Assembly: GCA_965219685.1 (NCBI GenBank)
Contig: CBDCOH010000002.1
Span: 832,001 to 896,000, forward strand
Reading direction: 5' to 3'
Origin: Candidatus Spongiisociaceae bacterium
GTDB lineage: Bacteria; Actinomycetota; Acidimicrobiia; Spongiisociales; Spongiisociaceae
DNA: 64,000 nt
The notes beneath the pieces are model-generated. The model searched no databases and had not been told where the DNA came from. It saw only the letters and a list, made by a program, of their open reading frames with translations. A program made the translations under genes and the position numbers. Shown piece after piece: positions 9,946-19,807 of the stretch. The number at the start of each line of letters is the position of its first letter. Position 1 is the stretch's first letter.

Positions 9946-10091
9946 CAACTGTCAAGGTGTTCAGTGCGGATGCGCTGGGCCAACACCGGATTGGGTTGAA
10001 CGGACGGGATCAGGCACCGCCCGGCCGGCCACACCGGATTGGCGCCCGACTCAGGGCTACGAGTGTTCCTAGCTTCATATAGTCTTCCCGC

Positions 10092-13000
10092 ATGTTCATG
10101 TTGCCTCCATTATTCGTAGACCGGTCTTGTGCATCATCGGCATGGCGGAGGGTATTGCTGGTGGTTGTCCTTGTGTTGAGCGGATGCGGCGGCGGGTCCG
10201 ATACGCCGGAGGCACGCTCCGAGCAGACATCAGCGACGGTCACACCGACCGGGTCCGCTCCCGACCCGCCGAACGTCACACCGGCGACAACCCGGCCTGA
10301 GGACTCCCCACCGACGACGATCGGATCGGCGGTGCCTTCTGCCGAGGAGATCTACTCGCTGGTGGCGCCATCGATTCCGCTGATAGAGACACCCACGGGA
10401 ACAGGTAGCGGGATCCTCGTCGAGGGTGGATACGTCGTCACCAATCATCACGTCGTGTGGCCTTACGAGCAGGTCCGGGTCGTGTTCCCCGATGGGACGG
10501 AGTTCGTGGATGTGCCGGTCTTGGCTTGGGATCCCTTCGCCGATCTGGCGGTGCTCGGACCAGTCGGTGCATCGGCGCCATCACTGAATCTCGCAGACGG
10601 CGAGGCGATGAACCCGGGTAGTGACGTGTACCTGATCGGCTATCCCGCCGAGACCGACGTGTTCCCCCAGCCGACAGTCACCAGCGGCGTGCTGTCCCGC
10701 ATCCGTGAGTGGGACCTCTACGCTCTGACGTTGCTCCAATCGGACGCCTACATAGCCGGGGGCCAGAGCGGAGGAGCGCTCGTGAACTCCTCGGGAGACG
10801 TAGTCGGCATCTCTACATGGAGACTCAGCGATGCGGGATTCTCGTTGGCGACATCAGCCGCGGACAGCGCCGAAATCGTGCAGTCGCTCATCGAGGGGTA
10901 CGAAGAATTCGGGTCACCTGGTCCGGTCTATGGAGACGCGTTCGGTGCCTTCGAGTTTACAGTCGACCTGGTGAACGCCTGGGACAGCGGCATCTATTAC
11001 TTCGAGGGAGCGGCGGGCTCGACCGTGGAGGTAGCGATCGACGGAGCGAGCGACGGGATTCTCGCCGTGATCGGACCCACTGGTGTGGTGATGGAGGCGG
11101 ATGACACCCTCCAAGGCCGCGAGAACGGTATCGCTGAGTTGCCGGTGGATGGGCCTTACGTCGTGGTTGTGGGCAACTACACCGCTGAGCCGGGCGAAGG
11201 GTCCACATTCACCCTGACCAGCAGCGTCGAGTTGGCGCCTTTCGATGATCCCGATGACGGGCAGTCCCTCTTGATCGGTGAACCGTTCGGTGCGGTACTC
11301 GACTATCACTGGGACGTCGACTGGTACGAACTCCTACTCGATCAAGGTGACACCGTGGTCGTCTGGACCGAGGCGATAGGTACCGACACAGCTGTCTCCA
11401 TCGGCTACGCCGGCGGCGGTTTCGAGGGATTTATCTGGGACGATGACAGCGGCCTGGCTGTGGTCGGGGACTCGACCAATGCCCGGTTGTATTACAGCGC
11501 CCCGGTCTCCGGGACCTACCACGTCGTCGTCGAGGATGTGCTGGGGCAGGGTGGCGGCGATGCCTACTTCGTGGGGGTGGATCACGCGGATCCCATGGAA
11601 GAACCCGTTGCCGGGGAAGCACCGAGCGCACCTGGCTCGCCGCCTGAAGATCCTGACCTGCCCGCGGACTACGCGTACGAACTGCGCTTCGATGTGGGTC
11701 CCGGAACCACCTGGCAGGAGCTGTTCGACGTCTTCTCGCCCGACGAGCAAAGCTGCATCCGCGAGGAACTCGGCGGGTTGCTGGAAGAAATGATGGCCGT
11801 CGAGGTGCTAGGCGAAGGCTACGAGGACCAGGTTGCCGGCATGCTCCTATGCCTTGGCCGAGAGAACGCGACGGAGGCCTACATCTCGGCGCTTGTGGGG
11901 GCTGTCGCCCAGCAGGGAGTGACCTTCGAACTCGAAGATGTGGCCTGCTTGCGAGAGGTCTTCGCCGGCGACGACGGTGCCGCATTCCTCGCCGCGCTCA
12001 TCACCGGGGCGGGGGTCGAGGAGGAGTTCGCTGTGTTGTCGCTTTCCTTCGTCTTCTGCTTCCCCGAAGAAGCCCTCGAAGAATGGGCGGACCCACCGGA
12101 CAGCCCGACGCCCATGGCCGAACTGGCGGATGTTCCGGGCGCAGAGTTGGTCTGGCAATACCGTATCCCCTCCGATGGGGGGACCTTTGTGGGCATACCT
12201 CACGTCCACCCACCGGTGTTGGCAGGAGGGACGCTGTTCCTGCCCGCCTCCGATGGAGCGGTGTATGCCCTGTCCGCCTCCGATGGAGCGCTCCTGTGGG
12301 CGTACCGGACCCACCCGCGGGGGACTCCACATGTCCCTTCCTCCTTGACTGCGCTCGATGTGGTAGATGGGATCGTGTCCGTCGTAACCGAAGAACTGGT
12401 CCATGGTGTCGACGCCGGGACCGGAGAGACTGCGTGGTTGTATCCGGGTAACTTCGGCAGTGCCCCCGGAGTGGGCCAGGGTGTGCTCTTTGTCCGGTCA
12501 GGATTCGATGTGGACGCAATCGACATCAAGAGCGGATTGCGCCTCTGGTCTTACAGTCCGTTCTCCTTGACCGATCATGCGCCGGTGGTGGACGACGGGG
12601 TTGTCTACTTCGGAGCGGACTCGGAGTACGTGTATGCCATGGATGCTCTGACCGGTGAGTTGGAGTGGAGGCACGACATCGAGACCACGATGCAACTGTC
12701 TCCGGTGACGGCCGATGGGTTGGTGTACGCCGCCCCGTCCGACAACACCGTACATGCGTTGGACGCTGCCTCGGGACGGGTGATCTGGCAGAACCGGATT
12801 CCGGGCCGCGCGTCCGATCTGCTGGAGTTGGCGGACGGGTTGTTGTATCTCTCGATCCAGGCGCTGTACGCCCTGGATCCGGTCACCGGAGAGATAGTCT
12901 GGCGGTTCCCGGCTGAGGATGTCGGGGGCCCGCACCTGCCGTTTACCAATCCGTGGACCCAGACTGAGCCGTATTTCACGGTGCACCGCGGGGTCGTCTA

Positions 13001-13289
13001 TTACGGCTCGGACCTGGCTGAGGTTTTCGCCCTTGACGCCGCTACAGGGCGACTGCTGTGGGAGTACCAGGTTCCCGACGGTCGGCCTGCCGCTCCCACA
13101 GTGTCCGGGGATGTCGTGTTCCTCGGTTCGCGGAGCGGGATCCTGTACGCGCTCGACGCAGCGACAGGGCAATTGATGTGGCACTATCCGACTCCCGCAG
13201 CCGTGATCTCCTCGCCGCTCGTAGCAGACGGTCTCGTATACGTGACCACCGCCGACGGTCAGGTACACGCGGTGCGAGCGCCCTATTAG
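10092..13289 (+). CDS. Lipoprotein: trypsin-like serine protease + PPC-like domains + PQQ/BamB-like beta-propeller
   Basis: LSGC lipobox; VTNHHVV / DLAVL / GGQSGG triad; repeated ALDA.TG...W propeller blades. Confidence 0.85.
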   Translation: MFMLPPLFVDRSCASSAWRRVLLVVVLVLSGCGGGSDTPEARSEQTSATVTPTGSAPDPPNVTPATTRPEDSPPTTIGSAVPSAEEIYSLVAPSIPLIETPTGTGSGILVEGGYVVTNHHVVWPYEQVRVVFPDGTEFVDVPVLAWDPFADLAVLGPVGASAPSLNLADGEAMNPGSDVYLIGYPAETDVFPQPTVTSGVLSRIREWDLYALTLLQSDAYIAGGQSGGALVNSSGDVVGISTWRLSDAGFSLATSAADSAEIVQSLIEGYEEFGSPGPVYGDAFGAFEFTVDLVNAWDSGIYYFEGAAGSTVEVAIDGASDGILAVIGPTGVVMEADDTLQGRENGIAELPVDGPYVVVVGNYTAEPGEGSTFTLTSSVELAPFDDPDDGQSLLIGEPFGAVLDYHWDVDWYELLLDQGDTVVVWTEAIGTDTAVSIGYAGGGFEGFIWDDDSGLAVVGDSTNARLYYSAPVSGTYHVVVEDVLGQGGGDAYFVGVDHADPMEEPVAGEAPSAPGSPPEDPDLPADYAYELRFDVGPGTTWQELFDVFSPDEQSCIREELGGLLEEMMAVEVLGEGYEDQVAGMLLCLGRENATEAYISALVGAVAQQGVTFELEDVACLREVFAGDDGAAFLAALITGAGVEEEFAVLSLSFVFCFPEEALEEWADPPDSPTPMAELADVPGAELVWQYRIPSDGGTFVGIPHVHPPVLAGGTLFLPASDGAVYALSASDGALLWAYRTHPRGTPHVPSSLTALDVVDGIVSVVTEELVHGVDAGTGETAWLYPGNFGSAPGVGQGVLFVRSGFDVDAIDIKSGLRLWSYSPFSLTDHAPVVDDGVVYFGADSEYVYAMDALTGELEWRHDIETTMQLSPVTADGLVYAAPSDNTVHALDAASGRVIWQNRIPGRASDLLELADGLLYLSIQALYALDPVTGEIVWRFPAEDVGGPHLPFTNPWTQTEPYFTVHRGVVYYGSDLAEVFALDAATGRLLWEYQVPDGRPAAPTVSGDVVFLGSRSGILYALDAATGQLMWHYPTPAAVISSPLVADGLVYVTTADGQVHAVRAPY

Positions 13290-13330
13290 TCGTTAGTTAT
13301 TGGTTATTAGTTGGTAGTGCTTAGTGGTAG
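13287..13330 (+). repeat. Degenerate heptamer array between convergent stops
   Basis: TAGTCGT TAGTTAT TGGTTAT TAGTTGG TAGTGCT TAGTGG. Confidence 0.65.
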
Positions 13331-14640
13331 TTGCCGGGGTCGGCGATCTCTCGCGTCGGTTCGGTGGGCGACTGGTCGGGGGGATCCGCCATCGAGACGA
13401 GCAGGGCGCTGACCAGGATCACCTGCGCGAGCAGGGCCGCGCAGCCGGCCAGGACCAGCCCGAGGGTGGTGGGGATGGGCAGCAGGACAGGGATGACCGC
13501 ACCCAGGACCCAGGCGAGTTGGAACAGGGTCTCCGAGTAGGTGAAGGTCCGGCCCCGCTCTGAGGGCAGGACGCTGGCGTGGAGGAGACCGTCGTATCCG
13601 AACTTGGCCGTACCCCAGGCCAGTCCGGCGAACAATGCCAGGGCCGCCGCCGCCCAGACTCCGAACACGTGGGCGCTGATGAACGCGGCGGCCGCTTCCA
13701 GGGCTAACGCTGCCACCACCATCGGTTCCTCGTGGAGGCGGCGGGCCAGGAACTGGGCCAGGTAGGAGGCCAACCCGAAACCCAGGCCTGCGGCGAGCAG
13801 GAGAGCCCCGAAGCCGACCATGCTCTCGTCGGAGTCGCGAAAGACGAAGGCGACGAGCAGCAACAGGTATCCGTTGAGGAGCCGCACGATGGCGGTGGCT
13901 ATACGGGCATGGCGCACGGCCCGCCGGGAGGCGGGGGAGCGAGTCGGGAAGACCTGATCGGTGTCGGTTGCGGGCTCCCCGGCGCGCACGTCGAGCCGCA
14001 GTCCCAGGGCGGCGCCGCCCGACCAGGCGAAGACAAACGCAGCCAGGCCGAGGGCGTAGGTGGTGCCGAGCAGACCGATCAGCCCTGCTCCCACAGGGAC
14101 GATCAGCCCGCCGGCGATTATCCCGAGCCGCGCTAGGCGGGCATTGGCCGAGACGAGAGCGGCCGACTGGGGCAACGCGGTGGGGAGTATCGAACTACGG
14201 CTGATCCCGTAGATTCGGGAGAGCACCAGCATCCCGAACACCAGCGACAGGAGGATGAACTCGCTGTCCGAGCGGATCATCGCCACGGCCAGCACGACGC
14301 GTAGCAACGAGCCGAATGCGAGACCCGCCCGGTGACTCCTCGGCACCCGGTGGAAGATGGAACCGAGCAACGGCCCTATCAGAGCGAAGGGCGCCAGCGT
14401 CAGGAGCAGGAAAGCCACCACATTGCCCCGTGCCTCGGCCGTCGGCACCGAGAAGAAAAGGGTGTCGGCCAGGGCGAGCGCCACCAATGTGTCCCCGGCC
14501 ACGTTCGTGGCGTGGGAGATGGCCAGGCGGCGGAACGCCCAGCCGTGTACCGAGAAGGCCTCGTCGATGCGGCGTCCTACAGCCCTGGTGGCGCGAGAGA
14601 TCCGAGAGCCGGTCCGGGGCGGAGGGGAGGACGCTCTCAT
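13321..14640 (-). CDS. MFS transporter
   Basis: About 12 TM helices; ALADTLFFS, LTLAPFALIGPLLG, RGRTFTYSETLFQLAWVLG. Confidence 0.85.
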   Translation of the reverse strand: MRASSPPPRTGSRISRATRAVGRRIDEAFSVHGWAFRRLAISHATNVAGDTLVALALADTLFFSVPTAEARGNVVAFLLLTLAPFALIGPLLGSIFHRVPRSHRAGLAFGSLLRVVLAVAMIRSDSEFILLSLVFGMLVLSRIYGISRSSILPTALPQSAALVSANARLARLGIIAGGLIVPVGAGLIGLLGTTYALGLAAFVFAWSGGAALGLRLDVRAGEPATDTDQVFPTRSPASRRAVRHARIATAIVRLLNGYLLLLVAFVFRDSDESMVGFGALLLAAGLGFGLASYLAQFLARRLHEEPMVVAALALEAAAAFISAHVFGVWAAAALALFAGLAWGTAKFGYDGLLHASVLPSERGRTFTYSETLFQLAWVLGAVIPVLLPIPTTLGLVLAGCAALLAQVILVSALLVSMADPPDQSPTEPTREIADPGNYH

Positions 14641-14720
14641 CCCGTTAACGTAGCGCCTAGGGCCGGCGGGGGGAGTGACCTCCGCCGGGGAAGGAACGAA
14701 GTCGAGTTCGGAACGGTGAC

Positions 14721-15608
14721 ATGGACGTGAGGCAATTCGAGAAGGTGAAGGAAGGTCGAGGTTTCATAGCCGCTTTGGACCAGAGCGGCGGCAGCACCCC
14801 CAAGGCCTTGCGGGGTTACGGAGTGGATGACGATAGGCACTCGAACAGCGACGAGATGTTCGACCTGATCCACGAGATGAGGACCCGGATCATCACCAGC
14901 CCCAGCTTCGGAGGCGACCGGTTGTTCGGTGCGATCCTGTTCGAGAACACCCTGGACCGCGAGATCGAAGGGATGGGTTCGGTCGACTTCCTGTGGAAAG
15001 TGAAGGGTGTCGTCCCCTTCCTCAAGGTCGACAAAGGACTCGAGCCGGAGGCCAACGGGGTTCAGGTCATGAGACCGATACCGGGCCTCGATGCCTTCCT
15101 GGCCCGGGGACGCCAAAAGGGGGTGTTCGGCACCAAGATGCGGTCGGTGATAAAACTCGCCGATCCGGACGGCATAGCGGACATCGTCCGGCAGCAGTTC
15201 GAGGTAGGCGAACGTATCCTGGAGGCCGGTCTCGTCCCGATCCTCGAACCCGAGGTGGACATCAACAGCCCGGAGAAGACCGAGGCCGAGGACCTGCTCA
15301 AGGAGGCGATCCTGGAGCGGCTAGCGAGCCTGGACCACGACACCGGCCTGATGTTCAAGCTCACCATCCCCACCCGGGATGATCTGTACCTCGACCTGGT
15401 CGAGCATCCCAAGGTGGTACGGGTGGCGGCCCTGTCGGGCGGTTACACCCATGACGAGGCGTGTGAAGGGCTGACTCGCCAGCAAGGCATGGTGGCGAGC
15501 TTCAGCCGGGGGCTCGTGGAGGGCCTGAACGTAGACCAGAGCGACGACGAGTTCGACCGCACTCTGGACCGGTCGGTGGCCAACATCTTCGCGGCATCGT
15601 CCACCTGA
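14721..15608 (+). CDS. fda: Fructose-bisphosphate aldolase class I
   Basis: GFIAALDQSGGSTPKAL, FLKVDKGL, FGTKMRSVI, PILEPEV, ALSGGY. Confidence 0.95.
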   Translation: MDVRQFEKVKEGRGFIAALDQSGGSTPKALRGYGVDDDRHSNSDEMFDLIHEMRTRIITSPSFGGDRLFGAILFENTLDREIEGMGSVDFLWKVKGVVPFLKVDKGLEPEANGVQVMRPIPGLDAFLARGRQKGVFGTKMRSVIKLADPDGIADIVRQQFEVGERILEAGLVPILEPEVDINSPEKTEAEDLLKEAILERLASLDHDTGLMFKLTIPTRDDLYLDLVEHPKVVRVAALSGGYTHDEACEGLTRQQGMVASFSRGLVEGLNVDQSDDEFDRTLDRSVANIFAASST

Positions 15609-15732
15609 CCGGGGGTGGACTGGAAAGACGGACACCTGGCCGGCAGCGGGTGCCGTGGCGAGAGGTCGGCACGGATCGTGCCGTACGCCCCGCGTGTCGG
15701 CGGCCACATTCCACGGTTCCCCGGACCGGCGC

Positions 15733-15790
15733 GTAGCGAATCGTAGAGTACGGTCGCTTCCGGTCAGATCCCTTGGAACTACTCGTCTAG
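15733..15790 (-). repeat. Partial, inverted copy of the dispersed intergenic repeat (see 18019-18219 and 60251-60466)
   Basis: Reverse complement AGACGAGTAGTTCCAAGGGATCTGACCGGAAGCGACCGTACTCTACGAT matches 60252-60303. Confidence 0.8.
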
Positions 15791-15905
15791 TCATTCCTTG
15801 ACCCCAAGTGATCCTTGCGACGTTCTTGCCTGATCGGCCGACGGATCGCGGTGAAACGTGGCACCGGTTGCCGGTTAGCATTCGTTTGATGGTCGGGGGT
15901 GAGAG

Positions 15906-16805
15906 TTGCCCATTCCAGTCCGGTTGACCGGCGTCACCAAGAGCTATGGGAAGGCGAGGGGGGTAATTGACCTCGATCTGGAGGTGCGATCCGGCGAGGT
16001 CTTCGGGTATCTCGGCCCGAACGGTGCGGGCAAGACGACCACTATCCGGATGCTGGTGGACCTGATCCGACCGCAGAGGGGGAAGGTTGAGGTGCTGGGC
16101 GGTTCTCCCACCGATCCGGCCGTCAGGCGCCGCGTGGGGTATCTGCCGGGTGAGGTGGAGTTCTACGAGCACATGGGGGCGGGTGACCTCCTCACCTACA
16201 TCGGGAACCTGCGAGGGGATGGTGGGGCCGGCCTGGCCGGGGAGCTTTCGGAGCGGATCGATCTCGATCTATCCCGCCGGATAGGGGACCTTTCCAAGGG
16301 GAACCGTCAGAAGCTCGCCCTGGTCCAGGCACTCATGCATCGGCCGGAACTGGTGATCCTCGATGAACCCACCTCGGGACTCGACCCGCTGGTCCAGCAG
16401 GAGGTGTACCGGCTCCTCGATGAGCTCAGCGACGGGGGAGTGACGATCTTTTTCTCCTCCCATGTTCTCTCGGAGGTGGAGAGGGTGGCCGACCGGGTGG
16501 GAATCATCCGGGAGGGTCGGCTGGTGGAGGTCGAGGAACTGGAGGCCCTTCGCCAGAGGGCGGTGCGGACCTTCGAGGTGGTCTTCGAGGACTCGCCGAC
16601 GATCGCCGAGTTCGAGAACCTGGAGGGGGTCCGATCGGCCCAACTCCACGGGAACACCCTTCACTGCCAGGTGATCGGCAGCATCGATCAACTGCTCAAG
16701 GCAGTGGCCAGGCATCCGGTCCGGAATCTGGTGAGTCATGGTGCGGACCTGGAGGCTTTGTTCCTGGACTACTACCGCGGCGAGGAGGCCTTGCATGCTG
16801 AATAA
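15906..16805 (+). CDS. ABC transporter ATP-binding protein (DrrA-like)
   Basis: GPNGAGKTT Walker A, LSKGNRQK signature, [14 protein letters not shown]. Confidence 0.93.
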   Translation: MPIPVRLTGVTKSYGKARGVIDLDLEVRSGEVFGYLGPNGAGKTTTIRMLVDLIRPQRGKVEVLGGSPTDPAVRRRVGYLPGEVEFYEHMGAGDLLTYIGNLRGDGGAGLAGELSERIDLDLSRRIGDLSKGNRQKLALVQALMHRPELVILDEPTSGLDPLVQQEVYRLLDELSDGGVTIFFSSHVLSEVERVADRVGIIREGRLVEVEELEALRQRAVRTFEVVFEDSPTIAEFENLEGVRSAQLHGNTLHCQVIGSIDQLLKAVARHPVRNLVSHGADLEALFLDYYRGEEALHAE

Positions 16806-17640
16806 CGTGATCCTCAAGACCTTGCGCGACCGTCGACGTTCGCTGACTTGGTGGGTGGTCGGGATATTCGGCTACCTGCTGGGGATCGGGGCGTTCTATC
16901 CGATCGTGGCAGAGAACAGGGGCCAATTCGAAGCACTCCTGGAAGCCTATCCCGAGGAGTTGCTGGCGATAATGGGTGTAGCGGAGCAGGAGAACCTCTT
17001 CGACCCGGTGGGTTTCATCCAGGTTGAGGCGCTGGGATGGATCGTGCCCCTGGTCTTCGCCATATACGGCGCGGTTCAAGGCGCCCGGGCAGTGGCGGGA
17101 GAGGAAGAGGACGGCACCATCGACCTGGTGATGGCGACCCCTCTCTCCCGATCGGGGCTCGTGTGGCAGAAGCTGCTGGCTCTGGTGCTGGCGGAGATGG
17201 TGCTGGGTGCCGCGCTGTTCTTTTCCATAGCGCTGGACAATCTGCTCTTCGATCTCGAGATACCTCTGGGCCATGTCGCGGCGGCAGCCCTGATGGCGGT
17301 GCTGTTGGGGGTGTTCTTCGGATCGCTGGCGTTGGCCGTGGGAGCGGCAACCGGTCTGCGGGGCCTTTCTGTGGGGGCAGTCAGCTTTGTGGCGGCCGGT
17401 TCCTACCTGGTCAATTCGCTTGGAAGCCTGGTGGAGGGCATGAAGGCCCTGCAGCCCATATCGCCTTTCTACTACTACGACTCCTCCAATCCGCTTCGCA
17501 ACGGCCTCGATGTCCAGCACGCGTTGGTGCTGGCAGGGCTTGCACTGCTCCTGCTCGGGGTTGCACTGTTGGCCGTGCGCACCCGTGACCTGGGGGTCGG
17601 CGGGATGAGACTGCCGGTACCACGTGTCCGCAAGGCGTGA
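16795..17640 (+). CDS. ABC-2 type transporter permease
   Basis: AGEEEDGTIDLVMATPLSR motif; 6 TM helices; overlaps the ATPase. Confidence 0.9.
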   Translation: MLNNVILKTLRDRRRSLTWWVVGIFGYLLGIGAFYPIVAENRGQFEALLEAYPEELLAIMGVAEQENLFDPVGFIQVEALGWIVPLVFAIYGAVQGARAVAGEEEDGTIDLVMATPLSRSGLVWQKLLALVLAEMVLGAALFFSIALDNLLFDLEIPLGHVAAAALMAVLLGVFFGSLALAVGAATGLRGLSVGAVSFVAAGSYLVNSLGSLVEGMKALQPISPFYYYDSSNPLRNGLDVQHALVLAGLALLLLGVALLAVRTRDLGVGGMRLPVPRVRKA

Positions 17641-17714
17641 TGGTGAGTGGTGAGTGGTGAGTGGTGAGTGGTGAGTGGTGAGTGGTGAGTGGTGAATGGT
17701 GAATGGTGAATGGT
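17641..17714 (+). repeat. Heptamer tandem array (TGGTGAG)7(TGGTGAA)3
   Basis: Perfect tandem units starting directly after the permease stop. Confidence 0.97.
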
Positions 17715-18018
17715 ACTTCGGTGCTGCTCGTGTGGGACGTTGCCATCCCTTTTGTCAATGATCCCCCTCGGGCGGCACCCGTGTGTGGAGTCCATCGGAG
17801 ATCGCCGCCGATGGAACCGTGCCAATGCTAGGACGCTACTGACGGTCCGGAACTACGGGAGAGGGTGGTCGAAGCGTGGAGGTCCTCGCGAAGGCCCGCG
17901 CACACGCAACCCCATGTGTGTGGCGGTAGCGACCGTGCTCCGCTGCGTGGTGCCAGTTGCCGCGAGCCTCCGGCCAGGAGTCGACATCGGGCGACCAACC
18001 CCTACCGAGCTGCACGAA

Positions 18019-18219
18019 TAGCTCCAAGGGACCTGACCGGACGAACCTGTACTTCACGATCGCTACACAACGCTGTGCAACATATCTGTGGATTGTGTAT
18101 ATCTGTTCGTGGACTTGAATCCGTGGCTGCCGTTTCTCGTGAAGAGCCCCCTGCGTAAACGCGAGACCCAAACAGTACTAAAGAGGATGGTAAATGACCC
18201 GATCTAGCGTTAACCGCCG
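18019..18219 (+). repeat. Dispersed ~200-bp intergenic repeat, copy 1
   Basis: Shares CCAAGGGA.CTGACC, AACGCTGTGCAACA, AAACGCGAGACCCAAACAGTACTA, GAGGATGGTAAATGAC and CGTTAACCG with 60262-60466. Confidence 0.9.
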
Positions 18220-18268
18220 ACGACTTACCACTAACTACCGACTATCGAGTACCAACCAATCAAGTAGG
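18220..18268 (-). repeat. Degenerate heptamer array abutting the dispersed repeat
   Basis: Plus strand ...ctaccga ctatcga gtaccaa..., 7-nt periodicity. Confidence 0.6.
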
Positions 18269-18285
18269 TGTGATAAAGTCGTGGC

Positions 18286-19404
18286 GTGGCTGGACATGGC
18301 GGCTCCGGCGGCGGAGCCAGCCTCAGGCAACTCGCCCTGCGGGAGCGTCACGAGACGCTCGGTGCACGCTTTTCACCTTTCGCCGGATGGGAGATGCCGC
18401 TCCAGTACCAGGGAACCGTCGGGGAGCACCGCGCCGTGCGCGAGGGGGTCGGGGTCTTCGACGTGTCGCACCTTGGTCGTGTCTGGGTGCAAGGGCCGCA
18501 GGCGGCGCCGACGTTGCGCTCGGTGACGACCTTCGACGTGACGACGGTGCCGGTCGGCAAGGCACACTACTCGCTCTACTGCAACGAGAGCGGGGGTATC
18601 GAGGACGATGTGTTCGTTTACCACCTGGCCGATGATCGCTGGCTGGTGGTCCACAACGCCTCCAACGCGGAGCCGGACTTCGAGCGCGTGCGCGCCGTCG
18701 CGGGTGACAACGCCTCGGAAGTGACCGGAGACACGGTGATGCTCGCGGTTCAGGGCCCCGACGCGATTGCTCTGCTGGCCGGCACTCTCGGTGAGTTCAT
18801 CGCGGACCTCGGGCCACGGGCCTGTACAGAGGTGCACTGGCGCGGTGCCCCGGTGCTGTTCGCCCGAACGGGTTACACCGGTGAGGACGGCGGCGAGTGC
18901 GTAGTCGGCACCGAGCATGCCGGAGCGCTGTGGGACGCCCTCGTCGCAGGCGGGGCTACACCCTGCGGTCTGGGCGCTCGAGACACGTTACGCCTCGAGG
19001 CGGCCCTGCCCCTGTACGGCAACGACATCGACCGTGAGACCCACCCCTACGAGGCCGGTCTCGGCTTCGCGGTGAGCCTCGACGACGGAGCCCCCTTCAC
19101 TGGGCGCGCCGCGCTGAAGGAAGCGAGGTCGAGTCCGCGCACCCGTCGCCTGGCGCATCTTGCGGCTAGAGCCCGCGGGGTGTTGAGGCCGGGCTACGCA
19201 GTGCATGCGGAAGACGAAGCGGACCCCGTGGCGCGGCTCACCAGCGGCACCTTCAGTCCCAGCCTGCGGCTCGGGATTGGCATGGCGTACCTTCCCCGCC
19301 AGTACGCCGACCCCGGTGTCATGCTCGAGGTCGATGTGCGCGGCCGCGCCCTCCCGGTCGAGGTCGTACGGCGTCCGTTCTACAGAAAGTCGAGACATTC
19401 ATGA
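18286..19404 (+). CDS. gcvT: Glycine cleavage system aminomethyltransferase
   Basis: FAGWEMPLQY, FDVSHLG, RTGYTGEDG, GLGARDTLRLEA. Confidence 0.96.
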   Translation: MAGHGGSGGGASLRQLALRERHETLGARFSPFAGWEMPLQYQGTVGEHRAVREGVGVFDVSHLGRVWVQGPQAAPTLRSVTTFDVTTVPVGKAHYSLYCNESGGIEDDVFVYHLADDRWLVVHNASNAEPDFERVRAVAGDNASEVTGDTVMLAVQGPDAIALLAGTLGEFIADLGPRACTEVHWRGAPVLFARTGYTGEDGGECVVGTEHAGALWDALVAGGATPCGLGARDTLRLEAALPLYGNDIDRETHPYEAGLGFAVSLDDGAPFTGRAALKEARSSPRTRRLAHLAARARGVLRPGYAVHAEDEADPVARLTSGTFSPSLRLGIGMAYLPRQYADPGVMLEVDVRGRALPVEVVRRPFYRKSRHS

Positions 19405-19805
19405 AGCTGGATCACGAGATCCCCGACAACCTCCTCTACACGAAGTCCCACGAGTGGCTACGGCGCGAGGAGACGAGTCCGGACATCGGCACGATCGGTA
19501 TCACGGACTTCGCCCAGGACGAAGTGGGCGATGTCGTTTACCTCGATCTCCCTCCAGAGGGGCTTGGGGTGACAGCAGGAGAGCCCTGCGCCGAGATCGA
19601 GTCGACCAAGACCGTCGCCGAACTCTACGCGCCGGTCAGCGGTGTAGTGGTGGAAGCCAACCGGGATCTTGAGGACCAGCCCGAGTTGGTCAATGCTTCA
19701 CCATACGGCGAGGGTTGGATGATCCGCGTGCGGATCGCCGATGAGGCGGACCTCAACGGCCTGCTCGACGCGACCGCGTACCGTTCGCTCCTGCAGGCGG
19801 GCTGA
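19401..19805 (+). CDS. gcvH: Glycine cleavage system H protein
   Basis: YTKSHEW, GITDFAQ, EIESTK (lipoyl Lys), NASPYGEGW. Confidence 0.96.
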   Translation: MKLDHEIPDNLLYTKSHEWLRREETSPDIGTIGITDFAQDEVGDVVYLDLPPEGLGVTAGEPCAEIESTKTVAELYAPVSGVVVEANRDLEDQPELVNASPYGEGWMIRVRIADEADLNGLLDATAYRSLLQAG

Positions 19806-19807
19806 CC

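Noticed and set aside
9983-10042. Direct repeat ACACCGGATTGG x2 with a 36-nt spacer (mini-CRISPR?)
   Set aside because: Only two 12-bp units, too short, and no cas genes in the window.
17641-17714. Heptamer arrays as CRISPR, or as coding repeats (HHSPLT ORFs)
   Set aside because: No spacers; the ORFs spanning them are antisense artefacts.
17715-18285. Glycine riboswitch upstream of gcvT
   Set aside because: No convincing GGAGA...CCGAAG...CTCTCAGG aptamer. The region holds the dispersed repeat, and a TAAAGT hexamer 6 nt before the GTG suggests a leaderless or very short leader.
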